Shown here one piece after another: positions 24,609 through 37,076 of a stretch of 64,000 nucleotides of DNA; within the stretch, counting starts at the first letter, position 1; each line of letters begins with the position of its first letter. This DNA comes from Gnetum montanum. Its lineage: Eukaryota > Plantae > Gnetophyta. Location of the stretch: NCBI GenBank assembly GCA_015680685.1, contig MNCI01001941.1, positions 737,318 to 801,317 on the forward strand. Reading direction: 5' to 3'. Position numbers and translations under genes: made by a program. Below the pieces are notes generated by a model that worked only from the letters and a program-made list of their open reading frames with translations, had not been told where the DNA came from and did not search any database.

Positions 24609-25523
24609 TGATAAGTGGTGAAGTAGTCCAACGTCTAACCATATGAGATACAAGTGTTCACATGTAGCTTGATCGAATTCTATGGATAACATAGTGTAAT
24701 TATGCTAGTAATTGATTTGAGTTCATGATCACTATCTTTCCACATGATCTAGTAAAATCAATGTGTATGGTTTAACTCATAGTTAGGTGTATGAAAACTA
24801 ATGTTTCTTTAGCCATTTTACTCATGGTAAACATAAGGTAAATGAAAGTGATTTCTAAATCTAAGTAAACAACAAATGAATCTAGTCTAGCCTAGGTGAT
24901 GGACATCCATTCCTAACTCTCTAGACATGTCTTGGACTTATGTAACCATTACTAGGATTACCAAGTATCTCACTACTGGGTGAACCAAGAAATTATACTA
25001 CTAGGTTATCAAATAATCACACTTTACACTCGGAATCAGTCATATCCATTCTACTTAATAATAGTAAAAGTAACGTTCATGGAAAAGTAAATAGTAACTA
25101 AGAAAAAATAGTAATCAATAGAATAAGTAAAAATAGTAAACATTATTCTAGGGACATAGTAAAGAAACTAATTAAATGTTTCAATGGTGAAAAGTAATCT
25201 CGATATTTATTGTCATTCACACTTGTGTCCAAGTATAAGATGCTCAAATAAAGACTTTGTACAATTACTTCACATCACACTATGGGCATACACTGCTAAG
25301 TGATAAGTGATAAAATTAAGAAAATAAACTAATAGAGTTTTGCTAAGATGGAATGAAAATTGTTATTTGGACTATGTGCCTAAGTGTCATATTTATAGGC
25401 CAGTATGTATCTACAATATCAGATATTTTACATCATAGCTTGTGTCCCGATATTGAGGATCCAATATTGTGGGTCTAATATCAAATGTTCGATATCATAG
25501 TTGTGTAAAAAATGGACTTATCA
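24609..25523 (-). repeat. 5' LTR of element C
   Basis: Pairs with 15046-15958 and is adjacent to the PBS. Confidence 0.93.
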
Positions 25524-26008
25524 AGTCATGTCTAATGCTTTCCTCAAATACATCCACCAATTGCTCCTGTACTGCAAGCCTCACACTTGGACTTTTAGTA
25601 AACACATCTAAAGCTATGTGGGCTAGGAGTAGGAGGTTATCACATTTGATTAAGCTTCACTCATCCATCCTAAACTTATAGATAACTAAAACAAGAATAA
25701 AAAATTATAACCTAAGCAGTTAATGAAAGAAAAAAAATCATGAACCAAAGATAACAATCTTACTTACCATGTATGTGGTAGATGATGCCTAGAGGGGTTT
25801 GGAACCATGTATGGACATAGTGGCTAATAATCAAAGTGTTGTTCATGTTATATTGGTTGAACTTAGGCATCTTCCAAAATTTAAATAATTTATGAGTGTT
25901 CACAGTAGTCATGTCATCATGCCTCTCTCCCTCTGTGTGAACATTAGGTTCATTAATCAAGAACTTGACTATCAAGCTAGAGGAACTAGTTAGAAGGGTT
26001 TCCACTAT
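25524..26008 (-). pseudogene. Third copy (G) of the Tat accessory gene: end of exon 2, intron 2, start of exon 3
   Basis: IVETLLTSSSSLIVKF...FWKMPKFNQYNMNNTLIISHYVHTWFQTPLGIIYHIHG, then GT donor(s) at ~25762-25767, an ~85-nt intron, then FRMDE(R)SLIKCDNLLLLAHIALDVFTKSPSVR. Both peptides align to A and B. Confidence 0.85.
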
Positions 26009-28947
26009 TGTTGATGCCATCTTTAAGGTCAAGTTTTTCATCTTTTGGTATCTTAAAACATTAAGAAAAATGGAGAACAAGGTTGTTGTGTGGTGGTATG
26101 ATTATTGTGATTGTAGGACAAGAAATTGGATTGAAACAAGAAGGTTTGAGAAAGATTAAGAACATGGATAGAAAATGAAGAATTCAAAGTGTAAAGGAAA
26201 GTTAAAGAAATATGTCTCTAAGAAATAGTAGATGTCTTCATAGAATTGAGGGTTACATAGGTAAAGGCATCTTCAAGAACTAGTAGATGTCTTTCATCAG
26301 ACATAGATGTCTTCATAGAATGCAAGCTAGTTTCAAAAAGATGGCTTTCACTAGACAAAGACATCTTCCTAGAATAAAGACTAGTTTAAGAAGGATGTCA
26401 TTTCCTAGGCAAAGATATCTTTCCAGAATGAAGGAAAATATAGAAAGATGTCTTAGACATGAAAAAGATGTCTTCCATGACCATTAGCTAGTTAGTGCAG
26501 GAGTTCAAAGATGAATTTGGAAACATGGTAACTATAAGAAGACATCATACTCATTGGAAAATGTGCAAGCTTTAGTATTATCATTGTGTAATCATTTAAC
26601 AATTATTGTAATCATTATTGCTACTCATTGTTTTATCTTTTGTCTATTGTAAAGTATATTGTATCTTAAGTACAAGGACTAGCAAACCAATTTGCATTCA
26701 TCCCTTGTAGTTATTATTCTCTCTTGTTGCCCTTCAGGGTTGATGTGCTTCTTGTAGGAAGGCATCTTGATTGAGCTTGTTAGGATCTTGCTAAATTGAG
26801 TGGTTGTGTAGCACCACAACACTCTCGAGCATAGCTCAAGATTGTAAAGGTTGTGGAAGCTTAGAAAACACATTCTAATCTTATTAAAACCTTACAGGAT
26901 TGAGTGGTTGGTGTAGTGTCACAACACTCTGAAGTGGAGCTTAGATCTTATACAAGGTATGGTACCCTTCAAACCATATTTAAGAGAAAAAAAGTTTAGA
27001 GTTGTTCTTGTGATCTACCTTCCAAGTGTGGACTACCCAAGTTGGGGAACCATGTTCAATTTGGTGTGTATGCTTCATTCAAAGAATTTAAATTAGGAAA
27101 ACTTATTTATCCCTCCTCCTTCTAAGTTTAATGATCCACAAGTGGTATTGAATCCTGGTACTCTTGTGCTCTACATCCATTTGCAAGAGTGAACATGGAA
27201 GGGGTAATCAACATCAAAAACATCTAGATAAAGAGCCTAATGTACATCATCAATTGGTGTGTTCAATTCATTTATCACATCTGTTATAAAGGTAAGGATC
27301 TCATTTCCTTCCTTACATTCAAAAATATAGAAGACTATGTTTGTGAAGTTGACAATTCTTGTGATTATCAAAATGACATTTCCTTTGAAGAAGGGTATGA
27401 GATATTTTGCCATAAAATTCTCTCTTTTTGAAATTTTTGCATTGAGATAAAATATTTTTTACATGTCAAGGAAGTAAAAATTAAAGTTCTTAATGATGAA
27501 TGCTCGTATCTCAAAAACAAAAAAAATAAACTTAGACCTTCAAGTTGAGATTCAAGCACTACCAAATATGATTGAGCAAATGAACAAGAGTTCTATGAAG
27601 AAGTTCAAAGATCAAAAATAGTGTTTATCAAGGTTTGGAAAATCTTCTAAACCTAAAAATTGAAATGCTTCTTTTGTAGTAAGTATGATCATATTCAAGC
27701 TTTTTGATATCTTAGAATGCATCACTACTCTTGGTCTTTGCAAGACTAGCCTAGAAAGAAAACCATGTAGGTTTGGGAAGGAAAAGAAAGAAAGATTGAA
27801 AAGAATTTGATGGCTCAAATTACTTTCTCTAAGGACAATACTAGCACATGGTATATTGATAGTGGGTGTTCGAGGCACATGATAGGTGACAAATCCTACT
27901 TCAACCACTTCATAGAACAAAATTGTGACACATTCACATTTGGAGTTGACATGGAAGCACCTATAATAGTTATTGGTATCATAGGAGGTAAAGGTAAGAG
28001 ATTACCAACTATGAACAAAGTGTTTTTCCTTGATGGATTAAAACATAGTCTTCTTAGTGTAATTTAGATATATGATTCAAATTTTAATGTTAGGTTTTCA
28101 AAAGAAAGTTGTAGAATAAAAGATTTATCTATAGGGAATATTATGATTGAAGGATCTAGAAAACGAAATGTGTATAAGACTATTTTTTGAAATTCTTCTA
28201 ACCTTGAATCCAAGTGTTTAGTAAGTTGTGTAGATGGTACATGTTTTTGGCATAGGAATCTAGGCCACATAAATAAGAAAGTTCTTTAGACCTTGGTATC
28301 TAAGGAAATGGTCAGTGGTCTCCCTAAGCTCAAAGACTTCAACCTAAATACATGTGAGGCCTATCAGAAAGGAAAATAAATGAGGGTGAGAGTTGGTAAG
28401 AAAATTTGTATTTCTACTACTCTTCCTTTAAATATACTTCATATGGATGTGGTTGGTCCAATTAAAACTCTTAGCTTTGGAAACAAAAGATACTTTTTAA
28501 CCATTATTGATGATTATTATTACTTTACTTGGGTTTCCTTTTTATATCACAAAGATGAGGTGTCTGATCATTTTTTGAGAATTAGTAATCAGATCCAAAA
28601 ATAAAAATGATATGTTATTAAAGTCATTAGAAGAAATAATGGAGGTGAGTTCAAAAATGAAAATTTTAAAAACTTTTGTCAAATGAATGGTATTCTACAT
28701 CAATTCTCTACTGCATGAACTCAACAAAATGGGGTAGTTGACCAAAAAATAGAATCTTGAATGAGATGGGAAGAATCATATTAAATGATCAAATTCTTCC
28801 TCATACTTTTAAGCTGAAGCCATCAACACTACTTGTTACAAGTCCAATAGAGTTATGGTAAGAAGATTCACTTCTAAAATTCCTTATGAAATACAAACTC
28901 ATAGGAAACCTTTGGTAGCTTATTTTCATGTTTTTTGTTCAAAATGT
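26009..28947 (+). mobile_element. SIRE-like Ty1/copia element F (5' LTR 26009-27140, PBS ~27143-27155, gag-PR-INT), cut by element B
   Basis: LTR begins TGTTGATG exactly where G homology stops and ends ttatttatccctcctccttctaag...ccaCA, followed by TGGTATT. Copia domain order follows. Confidence 0.85.
27195..28947 (+). pseudogene. Degenerate copia gag remnant, protease and integrase of element F
   Basis: CFFCSKYDHIQAF knuckle, WYIDSGCSRHMIG, WHRNLGHIN, LHMDVVGPIK..YFLTIIDDYYYFTWV, YFHVFCSKC. Confidence 0.93.
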
Positions 28948-30415
28948 TGTTGTGACCAAAAATCTCATTTGTTGGAAGAAAACCAAGGATCCTTGGTGTA
29001 AGGAATTCTTCAAATCAAAATCCCTAGGACCTCCATGAGAGAAATGGGATTCAAGGCACCCTGTCTAGTCTGGTAGATCAACCAAGGACTTATGAGATGC
29101 AAAATGTAGGAGTATAAATAGATCCAAAAAGTGCATAGAAAAAAATTTAATTTTAACACAAACCTCAAAACTTAAAAATTTATTGAGAAAGAATAAAGAA
29201 TAAGTTAGAGAAATGTGTACAAATGGTGCTTGGATGACCAGATAGGGGGTTCACTTATGCAAGAGTTCAAATCCCATTGAAGTTGATGTGATTTTCTCCA
29301 TGATCTAGGTGTTAAGCCACTCTTGATGCTATCGAACCTTTCTTCACTAATACAACCTTAGATCTATAAGTTGGGTCACTTCTAGGACATGAGAAAGGTG
29401 GAAAATTTGGATGCCAAATTGCTCCATGCTAGGGTTTGAAAATCCCATAGGTGTGACATTGACATAAAAAATACACAAATCTCAAGGCCATAATGCTTCC
29501 ATGTTAAGGTTCAAGAGAATGCATGTATGGGAACTTTCAAGAGCTCTTGAGTGCTTGAAAATGCCCTAAGTGTAGAATTGTAAAATTAGCTAAACTTTTT
29601 TGAAAAATTATTGGAACCAAATTTTCTTTTATGCCCAAAAGTTGTTGAACCTTGTCAAAAATTTCTAAACAAATTCTAAAACCTCTAAATGATGTTTGAG
29701 GTTATCTTTTATAGGATGTTTGGGCCATGAATGGGGCTGTAAATTGGTTGTGAAATGGCTACAAATTTACTGTAATTTTAGGTGAGATGGATATCCAAAT
29801 TTAGGGGTTACCATACATAGTAAGTTCTTTTCCCCATGGTCATTCCATTTACTATAAATATTAACTAGGGCACACCTATCACACTAGAGATGAATCTTCC
29901 ATGCTATGTTCTTCACCATGCTTATTGAAGTGGTTGGTCAATGCTGAAGTGCATCAAGTGATGAATTTTTGCTTTTGTGGCTTCCATACTAGGGGGATTG
30001 AGTTTTCCATATTGGGAATGAAGACTCCACAGAGGGGGGAAACTTTCACATTTAGGGGGGAAACTTTCTAGGATAAGGAAAAAATTCCATGCTGGGTAAA
30101 AAACTTCTAGGCTAGGGAAAAAGTTTCTAGGCTATGCATGTGGTCTCCATGGTGAAGGGGAAAAGTTTCCAAAACCCCCACCCTTCCATGCTATGGGTAG
30201 TTGAGATCTAGCCCCCTACATGTGTTTCTAGCATAGAAAAATGTATACCCCCCATATAACCCATCAAATTATTCTTTTTCTCATTTNAAAGTATGTGAAA
30301 TTTCCCTTTATGGGTTACAATTTTCACATTTATATGAAGTTTTGCTTTGGGTTTCATGGGGTGAAAGTTACATGATGAAGATTGGTTATAACATGAAAAA
30401 TTTTGTTGTGTTTCA
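28948..30415 (-). repeat. 3' LTR of element B (~1.47 kb; N at 30287), PPT at ~30418-30429
   Basis: TGTTGTGACC...gtgtttCA followed by atggtccctctttg (minus strand CAAAGAGGGACC). Confidence 0.8.
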
Positions 30416-30651
30416 ATGGTCCCTCTTTGTTGATGCCAAGAGGCACTAATAAAGAATAGAAAACACTATAGCATATTATACTAGTAAAATGCATATAGGC
30501 CACATGAAAATTAGGCTCTCCAAGTTACCAAGGTTGGTTTTTTAAGGCCATGGTGGACCATGGTCTTAGTTTAAGGCCCTGTCAAGTCATGTTGCTAGTT
30601 TAAGGTCGTAGCAAACTATTGAAAGTAGGATTTCTTGATGATGATTATTGG

Positions 30652-33600
30652 CTACATGTAGTATGGCTTTAGATAGGAATGATTGACCAGATTGGCCAAC
30701 CAATTTCCATCCATGTTAACTATTTTGAATGCTCTATTCCCATAGGCTCTAGTGATAAGGAAGGGCCCTTCCTAGTTTGCTAAGAATTTTTTGGCATGCT
30801 AACAGATGACCTTCAGGAGTAGGTCCCCCTCCTTGATCTTGTGCATGGTCAAGTCAGGTTGATGTTGTCACTTCTATCTCTCTTGATAATGCTTGATGTG
30901 ATCAAGCACTTGCATACACCACTCCTCCACTGAATCTAGGGCTATTGTCTTCAACTCCTTGTTCTACTCATTGTTGATGAAGTTGATCAAGGCTACTCGA
31001 AGCAATGGCACCTACAATTTAAGAGGTAAAATAACTTCAAAACCATAAACAAGGCTATAAGTGGTCATGCTAGTTGTCATGTGATAAGTTATTCTATATG
31101 CCCATAGTGCATGGACAAGCCACTCATGCCACTTCTATTTGCTATTGTTGAGCATCTTCTTGAACAAGTTGATGGTGGCATTGTTGTTTACTTTTGCTTG
31201 CCCATTAGCTTAAGGGTAGTAAGGTGACAAGAAAGAATGCTTAATGTCTAGGTTGTGACAAAAATACTTGGTTTCTTGGCTACTAAATTGAGGTCCATTA
31301 TCCATAACTATGGTCATGGGTATGCTAAAATGGGAACAATGTCATCTAGGATAAATTTGCAAACTTTTTCAGATGTGGTCTTCCTTAGGGGAATAGCCTC
31401 AATCCACTTGGTAAAGTATTAAGTTGTGGTGATGATGAAGCTATGTCCTATGGAAGACTTATGCATTATGGGTCCAATGATATCAAACCCTCATTGTTGA
31501 AATGGCCATATTATCTAGGTCTTATGTAACTCAGTTGGTGATACATGTATTATATTTCTATATCATTGGCATGTGTCACATTGCTTAATATTTTGCAGGT
31601 AGTCATGCTCCATATGGGGCCAATAGTAGCCTAACTATCTAATCTTATTAGCCATGGCTCTAGGTCCTATATGTCTTCCACAAAAACCCTCATGAACCTC
31701 CTCTAGGACTATTCTAGATTCAATTTTACCTAAGTACTTTTGGAGCATTCCATCATAGGAGCATTAACATAATGTGTTATCACCTACAATGACATATTGC
31801 TTTGATTGCTTATGTATGGCATCCTTTTGAGTAGTAGTCATGCCATGTGAGGATTCACCATGTGTAAGGTAAAATTTGATATCATCATACCACTCCTTGA
31901 TAGGAGTAGTATGAATGATGGCCACAAAGGTATCCTCAATGTCCTATGTGATAGCAATAGCATAGTCCATAGTTAAGATGGGCAACTTGCTAAACACATT
32001 TGGCATCACACTAAGGGCTAGTATTGTAATTTCATTAGCTATGGAATTTTCATTTCTACGTATGTATTGGACATCAACATCTATGAATTGTTGTAATAAC
32101 TACTTCCATAGGTCATAGTAAGCTTGTAAGTGCGTAGCTTTGAATGCATATACTTCAATTACTTGGTTAATCATGAGTTGTGAATTGCCTTTGATGACTG
32201 GGCATCTAATTCCTATGTCATGAGCTACCATGTTCCTCTAATCAAACCCTCATGTTTTGCTATGTTGTTCATACATGGGAACTCAAAAAATAGGCAAAGG
32301 GTTGGATCTCACTAGATGGGAATGTCATAATGGCAGCAACATTAGCCTCATGGGTAGTTGAAGCTCCATCAAAGTTCATGACTGCCTCATAACCCTTGAG
32401 CACTTGGCTAACTGAGTTAATGTATTCATTAAGAAACTTAGGATCTATGATTTCTTGGTCATCAACAGGTGAAACTATTGGGATATACAACTACTTTCGT
32501 AGATGTTGGTCATTATGGCTCTGAGTATGTTGTCCTTGTAAATTACGTTGACTTGGCTTCTAAAGAGGTAGTGTCTCCATTTCTTCAAAGAGAATACTAG
32601 TGCTAAACAATGCTTCTCTGCTTCATTGTATTGAGTCTCGTGGGCAACTAATGCATGGCTAAGGTAGTATACAAGCATTTTTGCATCATCATCACATTTT
32701 TGATAGACTAGAGTGGCAATGGATGTATCACAGATGATGAGATAAACATAAAATGGTTTACCCTCTTGTGGAGAATAGACTATCAGTAGTTGTGTGAACT
32801 CTTGCTTAAGGTTTTCAAAGGCCTCTTGGCATTGAGCTGTTCACTCATAGTGAATTCCATTCTTAAGCAAGTGTTGCATGGACTATAAATTATCCATAAA
32901 CCTAAAAATAAACTATAACCTACCTTGTAATCCCCAAAGCTCTTTATGGTTGGTACGTACTGCCAATTTAGATATGGCCTTAACCTAACCAGGATGTATG
33001 TGTATTCCTACTTCAAAGACTACAAAGCTAAGCATATTACTGGTCTTGACTCTAAAGACATACTTCTTAGGATTAAGCCTAAGATCATATTTGAGACATC
33101 ATTTAAGCACAAGATCTAGGTCATTAGCATGCTCATTGGCTATTTGAAACTTCATGGCTATGTTATCTACGTAATCATTAAGAAAACCTAACATGTAATC
33201 ACTGAAGATATAGGTCATGGCTCTTTGGAATGTTTCTCTAGCATTTTAAAGGTTAAAGGGCATTATAGTATAATAAAAAGAACCCCATGGGATCATAAAG
33301 GTCATGCTAAGTTGGTGCTTTGGGTTTATCCTAATTTGATTATATCCTAAGAATCCATCCATAAAGGACAGTAAGACATGTCCAACTATAATATCAATGA
33401 GTTGATCAATACTAGATAAAGGGAAGTCATCCTTGATAGTTTCTTTATTTAGGTCTCAAAAATTAATTCAAATATAGATACTCCTATTTTTCTTAGGGAC
33501 TACCACTATGTTGGCTACCCATCCTGCATAATCGATAACATTAATGAAACTTGCTTGGTAAAGATTTGAGATTTCATTGCAAACTACCAAGGCCAAATCA

Positions 33601-34080
33601 AGTCTAATCTTGTGAAATTTTTGCTTAACTAGTTTAATGGTACGGTCTAGTATGATGTTTTGTTGGACTCGATGTGGATTTAGGCCTAGCATATCTTCAT
33701 ATGACTAGGAAAATGCCTTAATGTTTTTTTTGTAAGATCTTGATGATATCTTGGGTACATTGAGGCTCTAGTGAGGAACTTAGTTTAAGGGTTTTCTCCT
33801 CACCACTATGTGTTGTGATAGGAATCTAAACTAGAGGGTCTTCACTTATGTCTCCCATTTCTAAGTTAAGAGTTTTGACTAGGTTTTCAGGCCATTCTAG
33901 AGGTTTCTCTATTAAGGCTATGTGGTCTACAAGAATCTAAGGCTTAAGATCTAGGCAATCAAGGTAGATACACCATTTAACAAAAATGTGAGATCCATGT
34001 AGACACAAAGGCAAATTAATTTACTGCTAGGTACTCATACTTTGATCTTGCATGTTAACCAAGGGCATATTAAGTGGCAC
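30652..34080 (-). pseudogene. Degenerate pol of element B (RT-RH-aRH-INT)
   Basis: WVANIVVVPKKN, SFMDGFLGYNQI, VYYLSHALVAHETQYNEAEKHCLAL, aRH MNFDGAST, integrase core, and C-terminal LKPYYM*. Confidence 0.95.
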
Positions 34081-34399
34081 CTAGGTAAACTGAATAAATA
34101 ATATTAAAATTCCATAAAACATATGCAACTCTAATGCAATCAAAACCATCCAAAGTCATCAGGGAGATAACGTTAATTTGGAAAAGTGTAATAGAGGTGA
34201 ATAATAGATCACATAAAGGTGAAAAAAGGGAAATTATAAAGCTAAAAATGGTCAATAAGGCCATAATTTTGCCAATTTTAGACCTTCATGGGCCATGATG
34301 CTAGTTTATAGTCTTCATGGACTATGATTGTAGTTTAAGGCCTTAATAGCCCATGGTCATATGGTGTCAAATGGTGGTTAGAGAAGGTAAAACCCCACT

Positions 34400-36480
34400 A
34401 TTCAATACCATTTAAAGGTCAAAGGCAAGCAAATAGAGTTTTAATGACTACTACTAGGGTTCTAGAGTGCATGAAAGGTCACTTAATGTCATTCTAAAGT
34501 GTTTAGGAGCCCCAAACAAGTCTTCCCTTGAGTTTCCACACTAGGGATACCACCCTCAATGTGGAAAAAGTGATCCCTAGCATGAAAAAACCCTGCAACT
34601 CAAATCTAGGCTAATTTTAACCTTAATCAACTATGCATGTTAGCCTCTAGGGTTATTGAGCTCGAGCACTAGGGTTTGGTGTTAAATTTTGGTAATTTTA
34701 AGTATTTCTAAGTGTTTTTTAGGCTTTCCCCCTTTTTTCCAAGCTTAGGATGGAGTAATTAGCATGAAAAATTAGGTGGAATTAATTTTTGGCATTCTAA
34801 CATTAGTTTCTTGATGTTTGAAGGCTCCAAATGATGTTAGCAAGGTCCTAGAGTGCATGCAAGTTTAGTTAATGTTTTTCTAAGGTAATTATGGACTCCA
34901 AATGGGTTGTACCATTAGTGTCCACGTTGAGCACCATGAAGGGGGAAATTCCTAGCATGGAGACACCATAAAACTCATATATAGCTCAATTTTAACTTCC
35001 GTTGACCATGCATGTTAGCCTTTTGGACTACTGGGGTTGAAGACTAGTGTTTGGAGTCAAAACTAACCATTTTATAGGTTTTCCAAGTGATTTTTAAGCT
35101 TACTCCTCTTTTTCCATGTTGGGGATAGTGTGCCTAGCATGGAAAATTATGGGGAAATAGATTTCCATACTTTTGCATCATTTTTTATCATGCATGTAGG
35201 TCCCTGAGGTTACTAGTGACAATGGTCAATGTTTGGTGTTAAAAGTTTTCTATTTTGAAGGTTGATGAGTGGTTTTTGGGCTTTCCACCTTTTTCCACAC
35301 TAGGGATTCCATGCTCAATGTTAAAAATTTGGGAGAAAGCTTTTTGATAATTTTTTATTACTTTTAGTCATGCATGCAAGCTTCCAATGTTGCCGGTGTT
35401 AACTACTGCCATATGATGTCAAAATTTTGTTGTTTCAAGGGTCACCACCTAATTTTTAGGCTTTCCCCATTTTTTCAACATTGGGGCTTTCATTCACAGT
35501 GTGGAAAATTATGGAGAAATATTTTTAATCATTTTTTATGGCTTTCAAGCATGCATGTAGGCTTCTACGGTTGCTAGCATCAACTAGTAACATTCGATGT
35601 CAAACTTTGGTTATTTCAACGGTCACTAGGTAATTTTTGAGCTTCCAACCATTTTTTTCATGTTAGGGAATCCATGTTTAGCATGGAAAACTAGGGGAAA
35701 AGCTTTCTAAACCTTTTATGACCAATTTGACTATGCATGAGTGTCCACAGGGTTGCCGATGTTGGCCATCAATGCCTAAGGTCAAGATCTGATCATTTTG
35801 AAGGCTATGAGGCAATTTTTAGGATTCCCCCCCTTTTTCACACTAATTATGGAAAGCTTAGTGTGGAATAGGTCCCCCTAAATGAAGAAAGTTAGATATA
35901 GGTAAAAAAGATAGCTGATCCACCATGCATGTTAACCTCTAGGTTTTTCGGTGTCAATGATCAATGTTGGCTATTAAGATTTGATAGTTTGAAGGCTTCG
36001 AAGTACCTGATACAATCTCTCTCCCCCCCCCCTATCTACCACATTTGGCATGGTGGCCCCAACATGGATGAGATGAGGATGGTAGTTTTGTATCATATTT
36101 AACACATTTGGAGCTTCTAGAATCTCCAAAGGGTTATTGGAGGGTCTAGGGGTCACTAGGCATCAAGAAATGATCATTAGGTCATCAATTCAGCTTATTT
36201 TTTCTTCCCCATTTATCCACATTTATGTTGATATGATCAACATGGAATAAGCTTCCCTAACCATGGAAAACACCAAATCCTATATTTCAACCAATTTTGA
36301 CAAGATTTGGTGGGATTTTGAGGTTGTTGGAGATGCTTGGAGGGCTTGTAGATCATGTGGGGCTTACTCTAGCATCAAACATATGCTAGATGAGTGTTGG
36401 GAGATAATAATGAGTGTTATCCCTCTTCTTCCATGCTAGGAACTATTACCATAGCATGGAAATCCATGCTGTTTAGCCTT
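34400..36480. repeat. Degenerate tandem array with ~180-190-bp monomers between RT and the antisense gene of B
   Basis: The anchor CTTTCCCC-TTTTTCCA(C/T)(A/G)CTAGGG recurs at ~34725, 35100, 35281, 35461, 35642, 35824, 36020 and 36200. Confidence 0.8.
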
Positions 36481-37076
36481 GCTCATGTTTTACCCACTTT
36501 TGAAAACTTGATGTTGAAAAAGATAGGTTTGCGTTAAAAAAGAGAAAAACATTTGTAATTCTAATGAATTTATAAAATAATAAGCATGTTTCCATGCTAA
36601 GCATGATATTCCCAATGGGGATGCATGTGGTTAAGGTTTTCATGATCTTTTAAGTGTTAAAATTGGTAAAAATCTCAGTGTTGTTGCAAGTTTTGGTTAA
36701 GAATGAAGGTGCAGGGTGGGGGCCACAATCCAAAATTTTAAAATTTTGAAAAGTGAAGTTGTTTACCACCAAAAACCAATGTGAACTAGACTTTCCCTTC
36801 TTGCACTTTAGTGCACTTGTTGTTATGCTACACTGAATTGGAAATTGGGGTTTCAAGGTGTGCATTTAGGTTTTATATGACTTTTATATGTCAAATTTTG
36901 CAAATTTTGATCACAACTATCATTCTACAACAACAATGCATTGGAGGAGAGATTTGGTAGAGGTTCTTGTGATAGCCAAAACCATTTCCTAGTGTGAAAT
37001 CCTCCCATCTACCCTACAACCAACATAGAACTCCTATATTCTCATAATCTTCATCATCCTTAGCATTGACCCTGCC

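Larger units (their letters stand above)
15046..25523 (-). mobile_element. Athila-like Ty3/gypsy element C with both LTRs; gag-PR plus env-like ORF, no RT/RH/INT
   Basis: Homologous LTRs 15046-15958 and 24609-25523 (TGATAAG...CTTATCA), degenerate tRNA-Asp PBS, gag and protease motifs, and a 3' ORF homologous to that of element D. Confidence 0.88.
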
